Part shown: piece after piece, positions 1 through 8,624 of the stretch
How positions within the stretch are numbered: position 1 is the first letter of the stretch
Layout of the letters: every line of letters starts with the position of its first letter
Assembly: GCA_963768055.1 (NCBI GenBank)
Contig: CAVYGN010000002.1
Location: 448,001-512,000, forward strand
Source of the DNA: an uncultured Spirochaetota bacterium
GTDB taxonomy: Bacteria > Spirochaetota > Brevinematia > Brevinematales > JAOACQ01
Reading direction: 5' to 3'
Length of the DNA stretch: 64,000 nt
Notes under the pieces: generated by a model
What the model was told of the DNA's origin: nothing
Database searches by the model: none
The model's input: the letters and a program-made list of their open reading frames with translations, nothing else
Program-made: the position numbers and the translations under genes

Positions 1-1
1 T

Positions 2-910
2 GACCGTGAGATAGTTGTTGACAAGCCGGATGTCAAAGCGCGCGAAGCGATTTTAAAGATCCATACAAGAAAAGTCCCTGTCGACGACAATACCGACCTC
101 AGCGTTATAGCCAGGGGCACGCCGGGATTTACCGGAGCGGACCTTGAAAACCTCGTAAACGAAGCTGCTTTAAAAGCAGCCCGGGACAACAGAAAGAAAG
201 TAATACTTGAAGATTTTGAATTTGCCAAGGATAAGGTTATGATGGGCCCTGAAAGACGAAGCGCCGTGCTGACAGAGGAAGATAAAATGACTACCGCATA
301 TCATGAAGCGGGGCATGCGATACTCGGCCATTTTCTTCCCCTGGTGGATCCCGTTCATAAGGTTACGATCATCCCAAGGGGAAGATCGCTCGGCTCCACG
401 AGCTATCTTCCGATAGACGAAAGACGAAGCAATACTAAAGAGCAGCTCCTTCAACAGCTCATGGTGCTCCTTGGAGGAAGGGCGGCGGAGGAAATTAAAT
501 TCGGTAAGAAATGGATCTCTTCAGGCGCCTCGCATGACATAGAAACCGCCACAAAAATAGTAAATTCGATGGTTTGCGAGTGGGGTATGAGCGAAGTGCT
601 GGGGCCGGTAACCTATGGCGAAAAAGAAGGCCCGGTTTTCCTCGGAAAAGACCTTGTCGCCAGAAAAAATTTCAGCGAAAAGATACATGAAATAATCGAC
701 GAGGAAGTAAGGAGCATTATTTCTTCCTCGTATACAAAAGCTATAGAACTCCTAACGGAAAATATGGATAAGCTCGATAAACTTGCCAATTTACTTCTTG
801 AAAAAGAAGTGCTGAACAACGAAGAACTTAATGAGGCTCTTGGAAAACCGGATAAAAAAAGGTTCCCGCTCCTGGAACTTGTCGGTAAGAAAGCCATGGA
901 AACGATATGA
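2..910 (+). CDS. ftsH: ATP-dependent zinc metalloprotease FtsH, C-terminal part (5' end outside window)
   Basis: Frame open from base 2 (DREIVVDKPDVKAREAILKIH...RGTPGFTGADLENLVNEAAL), HEAGH zinc motif, GASHD and M41 peptidase region. Confidence 0.97.
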   Translation, partial: DREIVVDKPDVKAREAILKIHTRKVPVDDNTDLSVIARGTPGFTGADLENLVNEAALKAARDNRKKVILEDFEFAKDKVMMGPERRSAVLTEEDKMTTAYHEAGHAILGHFLPLVDPVHKVTIIPRGRSLGSTSYLPIDERRSNTKEQLLQQLMVLLGGRAAEEIKFGKKWISSGASHDIETATKIVNSMVCEWGMSEVLGPVTYGEKEGPVFLGKDLVARKNFSEKIHEIIDEEVRSIISSSYTKAIELLTENMDKLDKLANLLLEKEVLNNEELNEALGKPDKKRFPLLELVGKKAMETI

Positions 911-1227
911 AAGAAAAGCCTAAATTGAATTTTATTACATATGTATTTATGCTTTATCAATCCGGTCTGATCGCTCTGGGCAAGCTTGAAAATCCGATTA
1001 CCAAAACAACCAGTGTCGAATTGGAAGAAGTAAAAGGTATAATTGAGCTTCTCGAGCTTATCGAAGAAAAAACAAAAGGCAACCTTAACAGCGAGGAATT
1101 AAGGACACTTTCTATGCTCCTTTCAACCCTGAGAATGAATTTCGTAGAAGAAGCCAAAAAAGATGACAAAGGCAGCCCTCCAGGTAAACCCGAAAAGAAG
1201 GATGAGGAAAATCTGGAAATTCATTGA
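907..1227 (+). CDS. DUF1844-family protein
   Basis: ALGKLENP...IELLELIEEKTKGNLNSEE...LRMNFV pattern; ATGA overlap with ftsH stop. Confidence 0.8.
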   Translation: MKEKPKLNFITYVFMLYQSGLIALGKLENPITKTTSVELEEVKGIIELLELIEEKTKGNLNSEELRTLSMLLSTLRMNFVEEAKKDDKGSPPGKPEKKDEENLEIH

Positions 1228-1240
1228 AACGAGGAAAAAA

Positions 1241-1963
1241 TTGAAAAATATATTTTTTATTATTTCCCTGATATGCGCATCCTGTTTTCAATGCCTCTAC
1301 GCAAAATCCCTCTGGGATAATGGCATGAATATTTACAAGATTAATGTTAAACCCGGTGATATCATTAAGATAAGTTTTTTGGAAAAAACCATTATGAAAT
1401 ACAAACTTGAACAAAGGCAGAATGATTACGAATCGAAAAAGGGTGTGAAGGGGAAGGGGGATATTTTCAACTTTTTCCCCGATATCGAAGTAAATGACAA
1501 CGATACCGTCCGTAATCAAAACAACCTGTCCGTCGATAATGAAAACAGCTTTTCAATAAACGCCAAGGTTTTAGCAGTATCTAACAACACGGCAACCCTT
1601 GAAGGATTTCATACGACGCTGATCAACGGTGAAATTTTCAAACTTCAGATCAGCGGAGAATTCGATATAAATTCGCTTAGGTCGGGTTCATCGATAATGT
1701 CGACCGATATATATAATCTCGATTTCAGGGTATTAAACCAATCTCCCACCAATAATGCCGTATTTAACCGGGACGACCTTGTTTTTTCGACAAATTATAC
1801 GGATATTGTTACTAATCAGGTCATATCGAACAATATGACGAATAGCGAGGTATCGACAAATCAATCCTCATTCAAGCTGGAATTCACGGGAATAAGGGAT
1901 GATAAAAAAAAGGACCTGTTAATGAACTATCTGAACAGTATGATCAATCTTCTGTTCAGGTAA
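1241..1963 (+). CDS. FlgH (flagellar L-ring)-like exported protein
   Basis: Signal peptide, then KSLWD...KPGDIIKISFLEKT and INAKVLAV...LEG...INGE...ISG, resembling FlgH; TTG at 1241 follows GAGG RBS (ORF track starts at 1163). Confidence 0.6.
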   Translation: MKNIFFIISLICASCFQCLYAKSLWDNGMNIYKINVKPGDIIKISFLEKTIMKYKLEQRQNDYESKKGVKGKGDIFNFFPDIEVNDNDTVRNQNNLSVDNENSFSINAKVLAVSNNTATLEGFHTTLINGEIFKLQISGEFDINSLRSGSSIMSTDIYNLDFRVLNQSPTNNAVFNRDDLVFSTNYTDIVTNQVISNNMTNSEVSTNQSSFKLEFTGIRDDKKKDLLMNYLNSMINLLFR

Positions 1964-1986
1964 TTGCCTCTGTAAGGAACGAAAAT

Positions 1987-3858
1987 ATGTTGGAATCCGT
2001 GAATTATCCCGCAGATCTGAAAAAACTTAAAATCATGGATCTTCCGGTATTAGCCGGTGAGATACGCCAGTTTTTAATCGATAGCGTGACAAGGACAGGG
2101 GGTCACCTGTCTCCGAACCTGGGGGTAGTCGAATTAACGATCGCCCTCCATTATGTTTTTAATTCACCGACCGACGATATAATATGGGACGTCGGACATC
2201 AGTCCTATGTCCACAAGATTCTTACCGGCCGCAGATCCTGTTTTGATAAACTCAGAATGAAAAACGGGCTTAAGGGTTACCCCTGCCCCGGGGAAAGCCC
2301 GTATGACCCCATTCATACCGGTCATAGTTCCACATCCCTGTCTCTGGCCGCCGGGATCGCCCGGGCAAAACTTATGGCCGGAGATAATTCGAATACCATC
2401 GCAGTTATAGGCGACGGCTCATTCACAGGGGGCATGGCATACGAAGCTATAAATACGATATCTCATGACAACCTTCCGGTCATTATAATTTTAAACAATA
2501 ACGGCATGTCGATATCTCTCAATGTCGGAGGAATAACAAGGTATTTAAAAAAACTTCAAACATCCCGGCCTTATCTCCGTTTTAAAAGGAGCCTGGAATC
2601 TATTATGAAGAAAAGGGTTCCGATAATCGGCCGCCCCCTTGTCGGACTGCTATACGGATTTAAAGAACGGATAAAATCCATATTGATAAGGAAAAATTTT
2701 TTCGAGGACATGGGAATAAGCTACTGCGGGCCTATCGATGGTCATAACATAAAAAAACTTATAGCAACCTTCGAGGAAATAAAAAACATAAACAAATCAA
2801 TTATCATCCATGTAGTCACTACCAAGGGCAAGGGCTACAAACCCTCGGAAGATAATCCGGGACATTACCATGGAATATCCGGTATTGCTATCAACGGTGA
2901 CACCAGCATACCCATTGAAAAAGAAGAAGATAGTTATTCCAAGGTTTTCGGTAATACGCTTGTCAAAATTGCGAAGAAAGACCCTTTAATATTCGCTATT
3001 ACAGCGGCAATGAAAACCGGTACGGGCTTAAAAGAATTCGCCGACCTTTATCCCGACCGTTTCACCGATGTAGGCATCGCTGAACAGCACGCTATAGATT
3101 ACGCTGTCGGCCTTTCCCTTAAGGGTAAAAAACCGGTGGTTGCTATTTACTCGACATTTCTCCAGAGGGGATTCGATCAGCTCATCCATGACGCCAGCAT
3201 TTCAAAAGCGAGGGTCCTTTTTTGCCTGGACAGGGCCGGGTTGGTTCCAGGCGACGGTGAGACGCACCAGGGAATTTTCGATATTTCATACCTTAGAATG
3301 ATCCCTTATTTTACTGTTATGCTGCCGGCCTGTAAAACAGAATTAAGTATGATGCTGGAATTCGCGCTTTCTAATTTAAATTCTCCGATAGCCATACGGT
3401 ATCCAAAGGATGTTGCGCTTGATTATGCCGATTACAGCGCTCTCAAGTATCCAATTATAGCCGGAGAGGGCGTTAAAGTAACCGAAGGTAAAGACGCTGT
3501 TATAGTATCGACCGGCACACTGCTCCGGGAAGCTCTAAAAGCCGAGAAGGCTTGTAAAAAAAATAATATCGGATTAGAAATAATTAATTTGCGTTTTGCA
3601 AAGCCTATAAGTTATAATATGGTAAACCATCTGTCAGGGGACAGCAGGCCGATTCTAATCATTGAGGAAGGCATTCGTAACGGAGGTGTAGCGGAATACC
3701 TGATCAGTGAAATTCTAATTAAAAATAATAAAAAGAAACTGGATTCTATAACCATTCCTGAAGAATTTCCTTCGGTAGGGACCAGAAAAGAACTGCTTAA
3801 TCAGTATAAATTCACAAGCGGGGAAATAATTAAAAAAATTGAAAACCTGCTTAAGTGA
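1987..3858 (+). CDS. dxs: 1-deoxy-D-xylulose-5-phosphate synthase
   Basis: GGHLSPNLGVVELT, WDVGHQSYVHK, GDG...NN TPP motif, DVGIAEQH, DGETHQG. Confidence 0.97.
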   Translation: MLESVNYPADLKKLKIMDLPVLAGEIRQFLIDSVTRTGGHLSPNLGVVELTIALHYVFNSPTDDIIWDVGHQSYVHKILTGRRSCFDKLRMKNGLKGYPCPGESPYDPIHTGHSSTSLSLAAGIARAKLMAGDNSNTIAVIGDGSFTGGMAYEAINTISHDNLPVIIILNNNGMSISLNVGGITRYLKKLQTSRPYLRFKRSLESIMKKRVPIIGRPLVGLLYGFKERIKSILIRKNFFEDMGISYCGPIDGHNIKKLIATFEEIKNINKSIIIHVVTTKGKGYKPSEDNPGHYHGISGIAINGDTSIPIEKEEDSYSKVFGNTLVKIAKKDPLIFAITAAMKTGTGLKEFADLYPDRFTDVGIAEQHAIDYAVGLSLKGKKPVVAIYSTFLQRGFDQLIHDASISKARVLFCLDRAGLVPGDGETHQGIFDISYLRMIPYFTVMLPACKTELSMMLEFALSNLNSPIAIRYPKDVALDYADYSALKYPIIAGEGVKVTEGKDAVIVSTGTLLREALKAEKACKKNNIGLEIINLRFAKPISYNMVNHLSGDSRPILIIEEGIRNGGVAEYLISEILIKNNKKKLDSITIPEEFPSVGTRKELLNQYKFTSGEIIKKIENLLK

Positions 3859-3879
3859 CCTATTGTTTTCGGGGGTTTA

Positions 3880-5019
3880 ATGAGTAGAAAAAGGCCGACA
3901 CGTTCTCAAAGCCAGGATATTCCCGAACTTCAGTATCTTTATGTAAAAAAAGACAGGGCCATTAAAATCATTAAGGAAATGAGCGAATTCCTCAGGATAC
4001 TTGACCTCAGGGAAAGCGAGATCCTGAAAACAATGATCGTTAGGTTCGCAATAGAATCTGTCGAAGCCTCCCAGGGTTCCCTGATTGTTTTCGATGAAGA
4101 AAAAAAAATCCTTAAATATCAGAATACCTACGTTTACGATTCAAATAACAAAATTGTCCTAGATTCCAATATTGTCGAGGGATACAGCAATCTCCTGGAC
4201 ATTCATATAAAACCAGGGGAAGGGGTCGCCGGAAACGCTTATGAAAAGGGGATCCCTATTCTCGTATCCTCCATAGAAGACAGCCCTTACGAGAAACCGA
4301 TCATCGGAGAGATCATGAAAATAGATGTCGGTTCCATTATAGCAATGCCCCTCAAGATAAATAACGACATTTCCGCTGTTTTTGAAATAACGAAATCAAA
4401 ATCAAAACCGCCCTTTACTAACGATGACCTGGAAACTATAACTATTATCGCCAACTTTACATCCACGATCCTTGAAAATGCAAGATTGTTTCTGTGGGCA
4501 ATTCATGACAGTCTTACAGGACTTTACAACAATCATTATTTTTTTAAAGAACTCAGCGACGAAATAGAGAGGAGCAAGCGCTACGGGAGGGTATTTTCAC
4601 TGGCCCTTTTCGATGTGGATAATTTCAAGCAGATCAATGATACCTTCGGTCACAGCTATGGCGACAAGGCCCTGCAGAAACTCGCCGTTTCCATTGAAAA
4701 AACCATACGAAAAGATATCGATGTGGCTTGCCGTTACGGGGGCGATGAATTCATCCTTCTCCTGCCGAATACGGGTGTAGAAAGCGCTTACAAGGTATGC
4801 GAAAGGCTGCAGAACCTGATAAGGCCGATTAAGTTCCAGACGGATGACAATAAAGAATTCGGATTTAACCTTTCAATTGGAATCTGCGAATTTCCCAGAG
4901 ACGGGGAAGAGAATTACTACCTTTTTAACCATTCAGACGAGGCGTTATATTATTCAAAGAGAAATGGGAAAAACAGGATCACGATCTACAGCCCTCAGAT
5001 AACCGAAAGGACAGCTTAA
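3880..5019 (+). CDS. GAF-domain diguanylate cyclase
   Basis: GAF region (GEGVAG...IAMPL...F.DD), DSLTGLYN, DVDNFKQINDTFGH..GD, intact RYGGDEF. Confidence 0.92.
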   Translation: MSRKRPTRSQSQDIPELQYLYVKKDRAIKIIKEMSEFLRILDLRESEILKTMIVRFAIESVEASQGSLIVFDEEKKILKYQNTYVYDSNNKIVLDSNIVEGYSNLLDIHIKPGEGVAGNAYEKGIPILVSSIEDSPYEKPIIGEIMKIDVGSIIAMPLKINNDISAVFEITKSKSKPPFTNDDLETITIIANFTSTILENARLFLWAIHDSLTGLYNNHYFFKELSDEIERSKRYGRVFSLALFDVDNFKQINDTFGHSYGDKALQKLAVSIEKTIRKDIDVACRYGGDEFILLLPNTGVESAYKVCERLQNLIRPIKFQTDDNKEFGFNLSIGICEFPRDGEENYYLFNHSDEALYYSKRNGKNRITIYSPQITERTA

Positions 5020-5384
5020 GGAAGGTTAACCTCTATCGGCTTTACATCAGGAGGGCTCATGAGATTGCATTCCGGCATATAATGATCATAGAGGAAACGA
5101 AAGACTCCATCAATCTCCGCTTTATTCCCGATCAGGGCATAATTGAAGGCACATGTCGATTTATTAATTAGAGCGGCTATTTTTTCATTTTTTTCACCGG
5201 AAGAAAGATGGTTTTGGAGGCTTTCCTTCATCTTATTAGTATTCCCCACATAAAAGCATTTCCATTTTTCTCCGGCGTATTTTGTCCATAATACATATAT
5301 CCCGGGCATATCGTAAAGATTTTTAATGTTGACTTCATTTAATAACGCGAATCTGCTCCAGTTTATGTTTGCAAGCATGATCAC
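5016..5384 (-). CDS. Small GIY-YIG-like protein, possibly catalytically degenerate
   Basis: PGIYVL...FYVGNT motif and C-terminal Y.P.CN; GGAGG RBS upstream. Confidence 0.6.
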   Translation of the reverse strand: MIMLANINWSRFALLNEVNIKNLYDMPGIYVLWTKYAGEKWKCFYVGNTNKMKESLQNHLSSGEKNEKIAALINKSTCAFNYALIGNKAEIDGVFRFLYDHYMPECNLMSPPDVKPIEVNLP

Positions 5385-5427
5385 CTCCAGGGATACCTAT
5401 TATATATTTTAAAATTATCTAATTCTC

Positions 5428-5456
5428 AATATAAAAACCATAACACAAAATGTCAA
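5428..5456 (-). promoter_or_regulatory. Putative sigma70 promoter of the GIY-YIG-like gene
   Basis: TTGACA-17 bp-TATATT on the minus strand. Confidence 0.55.
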
Positions 5457-5512
5457 GCAACTCGACCTGCCGGAATATAAATTATCTATATAATACCGGT
5501 CTGAAGACTGCC

Positions 5513-5914
5513 TTACTTCTCCCCTTTTTTATTATTTATCATACTCTTGAGCCATAATTTAGCCTCGCCGTCATCCCTCTCTGAAAAATACTTAAATTTG
5601 CTCTTATCCCTGCCCGCAATCGATAATGCGACATTGTAGAGAAGCCGGATCTGGTTAGATATGCCGATAATGGCCGTAGCCCTGGCAAAAGGACCGTTAA
5701 AGCGTGAAAAGTTGGTGAATTCCCTTATCATTTTAGGGCTATAATTCACTCCGGTGGCGTCAACCAGAAATAAAATACTGTCGGGAGGACATTTCGAAAT
5801 TAATGCCTTGGATTCTTCCAAATATTGAGCGACCTCCTCGCTTTCGATATTCTTGAAATCAAGATAAAACAAGTCCACTCCCTGAAATCGAATAAAACAA
5901 GGTTTCTGCCTCAT
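5513..5914 (-). CDS. STAS/SpoIIAA-like protein
   Basis: YLDF...ILFLVDATG...ATAIIG...KYF...EAKLWL, typical of the SpoIIAA-like family. Confidence 0.6.
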   Translation of the reverse strand: MRQKPCFIRFQGVDLFYLDFKNIESEEVAQYLEESKALISKCPPDSILFLVDATGVNYSPKMIREFTNFSRFNGPFARATAIIGISNQIRLLYNVALSIAGRDKSKFKYFSERDDGEAKLWLKSMINNKKGEK

Positions 5915-5947
5915 AAAAATTCCTTTTCCCTTTTCCAGACCTGCTTG

Positions 5948-6985
5948 TTATATTTCAATTTCAATATTCGGCAATCCTATCTTGAATCCAGCCATGGTCC
6001 TGTCGCCCTGGTTCCTCGGCGTAAATATTTTCCCGTATGTCCCGTACAGGCTCCTGTTAGCCTCAATCACAAAAGCGCACTGAATATATCCCATTCCTGC
6101 CGAAAAATGTTCTTCAGCCGGGCAATCCCTCTTTTTTAACTCGGCCCTCAACTGTCCAAAGCAGATTGTGAAATAAGGGTAAAAAGATGTGTGCATACCG
6201 GCTTCAATACACTTAAAATATGGAGAATCATTCCAGTAATCTTCGAAGCCCTGGTTAATCGCAGCCATCCAGATTTCATCGAAATCGCCGTCCGTATATT
6301 CGCCCGGGAAAAAGCTCCGGATTACATTTGCGCATTCTGAAAACTTCTTCATTTCAAATTCCTGGCGGAGATCGAATTGCGCCAGTGCCTGTCCCGTTTC
6401 AATCCTTTTCTGGATCATATTCTGGGTCTTTTTCTGAATAAAGCCATGATTCTCTATTTCAATATGAAGATCGTTCTCTTTGATCTGCATATAAACTGTT
6501 ATATAAATCTCGGGAAATTTGTAAAGAGCAGGAACTTTTTCCCCTTCAAGGTAATACTCTTCGTTCAGTATCTTTCTCATCAGCATCAGAGGCGCGCACT
6601 GGATCTCTTCACCGATCAGCCCTGTTTTTTTTGTAATTAAAGTAATATTCTCTTTTTCACCATTCTTTATAATCTCACGGAGAAGGGTATCGATTTTTTG
6701 AGAGACCCCGGGGATGAAAGCATCACATATCGAATGGATCCTCTCAAAAACAAAAGGCGGCTGGGATGAGTAAAATAAAAGCTTCAGCTCCCTGTTTTTT
6801 TTAATATGATCGATAATCTCTATAAACCTGCTGCTTTCCGTAGGGATATCATTCAGGAGGATATCTTCTTGGCCGATGTTGATAAGCATTGGGAAACTGA
6901 TCTTGTTTTCAATAATTTTCTTAAACACAAGTTCCCTTTTAATTACTATTTTCGATATTTTATAATACTCCGATAAATCCCGCAA
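5948..6985 (-). CDS. Hypothetical protein with possible divergent GHKL/HATPase-like C-terminal region
   Basis: 345-aa ORF; LHIEIENHG and SAGMGY...GKI...TMAGFKIGLP resemble G1/G2 boxes; start codon uncertain. Confidence 0.5.
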   Translation of the reverse strand: MRDLSEYYKISKIVIKRELVFKKIIENKISFPMLINIGQEDILLNDIPTESSRFIEIIDHIKKNRELKLLFYSSQPPFVFERIHSICDAFIPGVSQKIDTLLREIIKNGEKENITLITKKTGLIGEEIQCAPLMLMRKILNEEYYLEGEKVPALYKFPEIYITVYMQIKENDLHIEIENHGFIQKKTQNMIQKRIETGQALAQFDLRQEFEMKKFSECANVIRSFFPGEYTDGDFDEIWMAAINQGFEDYWNDSPYFKCIEAGMHTSFYPYFTICFGQLRAELKKRDCPAEEHFSAGMGYIQCAFVIEANRSLYGTYGKIFTPRNQGDRTMAGFKIGLPNIEIEI

Positions 6986-7019
6986 GTTACTAGTAGCGAG
7001 TAACTAGTAGCGAGTTACA
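6985..7019. repeat. Heptamer tandem micro-array (AGTnnnn x5)
   Basis: AGTTACT AGTAGCG AGTAACT AGTAGCG AGTTACA. Confidence 0.8.
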
Positions 7020-7057
7020 CACTCCCTCGTTCCTGAAGTGAAATTTTTAAGCAACTA

Positions 7058-7086
7058 TTGACAATTTATGGCACCTGGTTTAAAAT
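7058..7086 (+). promoter_or_regulatory. sigma70 promoter of the sugar ABC operon
   Basis: TTGACA-17 bp-TAAAAT. Confidence 0.75.
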
Positions 7087-7195
7087 CTATGCTTCTTAGC
7101 CAGATTAATACCTCTTCGCAAGAGGCTGTGTGAAATGGGGGTCATTTCCGGGAAGGGTCTTGTCGCCATTAATTAGGTTTCCCGATAAAACGGTC

Positions 7196-7214
7196 TTTAC
7201 AAATAATTTGTAAA
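7196..7214. promoter_or_regulatory. Perfect palindrome, candidate operator
   Basis: TTTACAAAT-A-ATTTGTAAA just upstream of the AAGGAG RBS. Confidence 0.5.
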
Positions 7215-7236
7215 TTTATAAAAAAGGAGAGGTAGT

Positions 7237-8541
7237 ATGAAGAAAACCAGTCTTTTAGCAGTGTTTACTCTGGCTGCTATACTTTCTTCCATTAGTGTTT
7301 CTTATACGGCGCCAAAACCGTATAACAACGAGAAAGTCAGCATAGTAGTAGCCGTTTTCCCCCAGCTCGATGTCGCTTTTTCGGCATTTTTACCGGATTT
7401 CCAGGCTAAATACCCCAATATCTCCGTCGAGATCAAGAAACTTGGGTATAATGACCATCATAACAACCTTATTACTGTAATAGCTGCAGGCCAGGGAGCC
7501 CCGGACGTCGCAGCTATCGATTACGTTTATGTATCGGAACTGGGCGCGGGCGGAGGTTTTGATAACCTTCTAAAAGCCCCCTATAATGCCGGCGAATTTA
7601 AAAAGGATGAACCTGGTTACAGCTGGGCGCAGGGTTCCACCAGCCCTACGGAACTGTTCGCCTTCCCGGTCGATATCGGGCCTGCAACAGCGTTTCTTTA
7701 TAAACCGACATGGGACCTGAAAAAGATCAATTATGAAAAAAGCATCAAGACAATGGATGATCTTTTAAACGCGGGTAAAAAACTTACATTTGATTCTCAA
7801 AAAGACGGTAAAGTCGATCACTGGCTCGTTTCTCATGCATATCTAATATTCAAAATGATCTTCTTCTCCGATAAACAGAGATATTTCGATAAATCCGGCC
7901 AGCCGGCCCTTGACACTCCCAGGATCAGGAACGCATTTATGTGGGCCAAAAAATTCAGAGACGCCGGCCTTGACGCGAAACTAAACGACTGGTCCAACGA
8001 ATGGTTCGCAATGTGGGCTTCAGGGACAGCCGCTTTCATACCCGGAGGAGCATGGACTACGTCTTATCTTGAAGAGCAGTGGGCCCCTGACCAGAAGGGC
8101 AATTACAGGATAGGACTGCTGCCTGCTTTGGCAAAAGGCGAGAAACCCATGATGATGTCCGACGGCGGAACCTTCCTTACAATACCCTCGCAGATACCCG
8201 ACGTCAACAAATCCGCAGCCTGGGAATTTATCAAATTTGCTGCAACCCAGGTAAAATCGCAGCTCGCAGCTTTCGACAAGGCTCATGATTTTCCTTCTTA
8301 TAAACCTTCATGGACCGACCCTTCGATGTCAACCGGCGTAAGCTTCCTGGGCGGACAGAAAGCCAAATTGATCTGGATCGAAGTTGCAAAGGCCATTCCC
8401 GAAGTATACGTCAATCCCAAGGACAGCATAGCTGCCGGTGTAATAGCTTCGGCTGTGTATGATTACCTTGACGGCAAGAAAGATCTTAATACCGCTCTTG
8501 CAACAGCGCAGAAAGATCTCACTACAAAGATGAGCCAGTAA
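7237..8541 (+). CDS. Carbohydrate ABC transporter substrate-binding protein (family 1)
   Basis: Signal peptide; FQAKYPNISVEI, AGQGAPDV, FPVDIGP, GGTFLTIP, AAWEFIKF. Confidence 0.92.
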   Translation: MKKTSLLAVFTLAAILSSISVSYTAPKPYNNEKVSIVVAVFPQLDVAFSAFLPDFQAKYPNISVEIKKLGYNDHHNNLITVIAAGQGAPDVAAIDYVYVSELGAGGGFDNLLKAPYNAGEFKKDEPGYSWAQGSTSPTELFAFPVDIGPATAFLYKPTWDLKKINYEKSIKTMDDLLNAGKKLTFDSQKDGKVDHWLVSHAYLIFKMIFFSDKQRYFDKSGQPALDTPRIRNAFMWAKKFRDAGLDAKLNDWSNEWFAMWASGTAAFIPGGAWTTSYLEEQWAPDQKGNYRIGLLPALAKGEKPMMMSDGGTFLTIPSQIPDVNKSAAWEFIKFAATQVKSQLAAFDKAHDFPSYKPSWTDPSMSTGVSFLGGQKAKLIWIEVAKAIPEVYVNPKDSIAAGVIASAVYDYLDGKKDLNTALATAQKDLTTKMSQ

Positions 8542-8565
8542 TTTTGGTTTGAATAATATTCACCT

Positions 8566-8596
8566 GAGGTTTGCGGGCTTAAAACCCGCAAACCTC
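8566..8596 (+). terminator. Intra-operon stem-loop (terminator or mRNA stabiliser) after the binding-protein gene
   Basis: Perfect 12-bp stem GAGGTTTGCGGG / CCCGCAAACCTC followed by CTTT. Confidence 0.7.
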
Positions 8597-8624
8597 CTTT
8601 AATATTTACTCGGAGGACATTAAA

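Noticed and set aside
6985..7019. CRISPR array
   Set aside because: Units are 7 bp with no spacers; no cas genes and no 25-40 bp spaced repeats seen anywhere in the window
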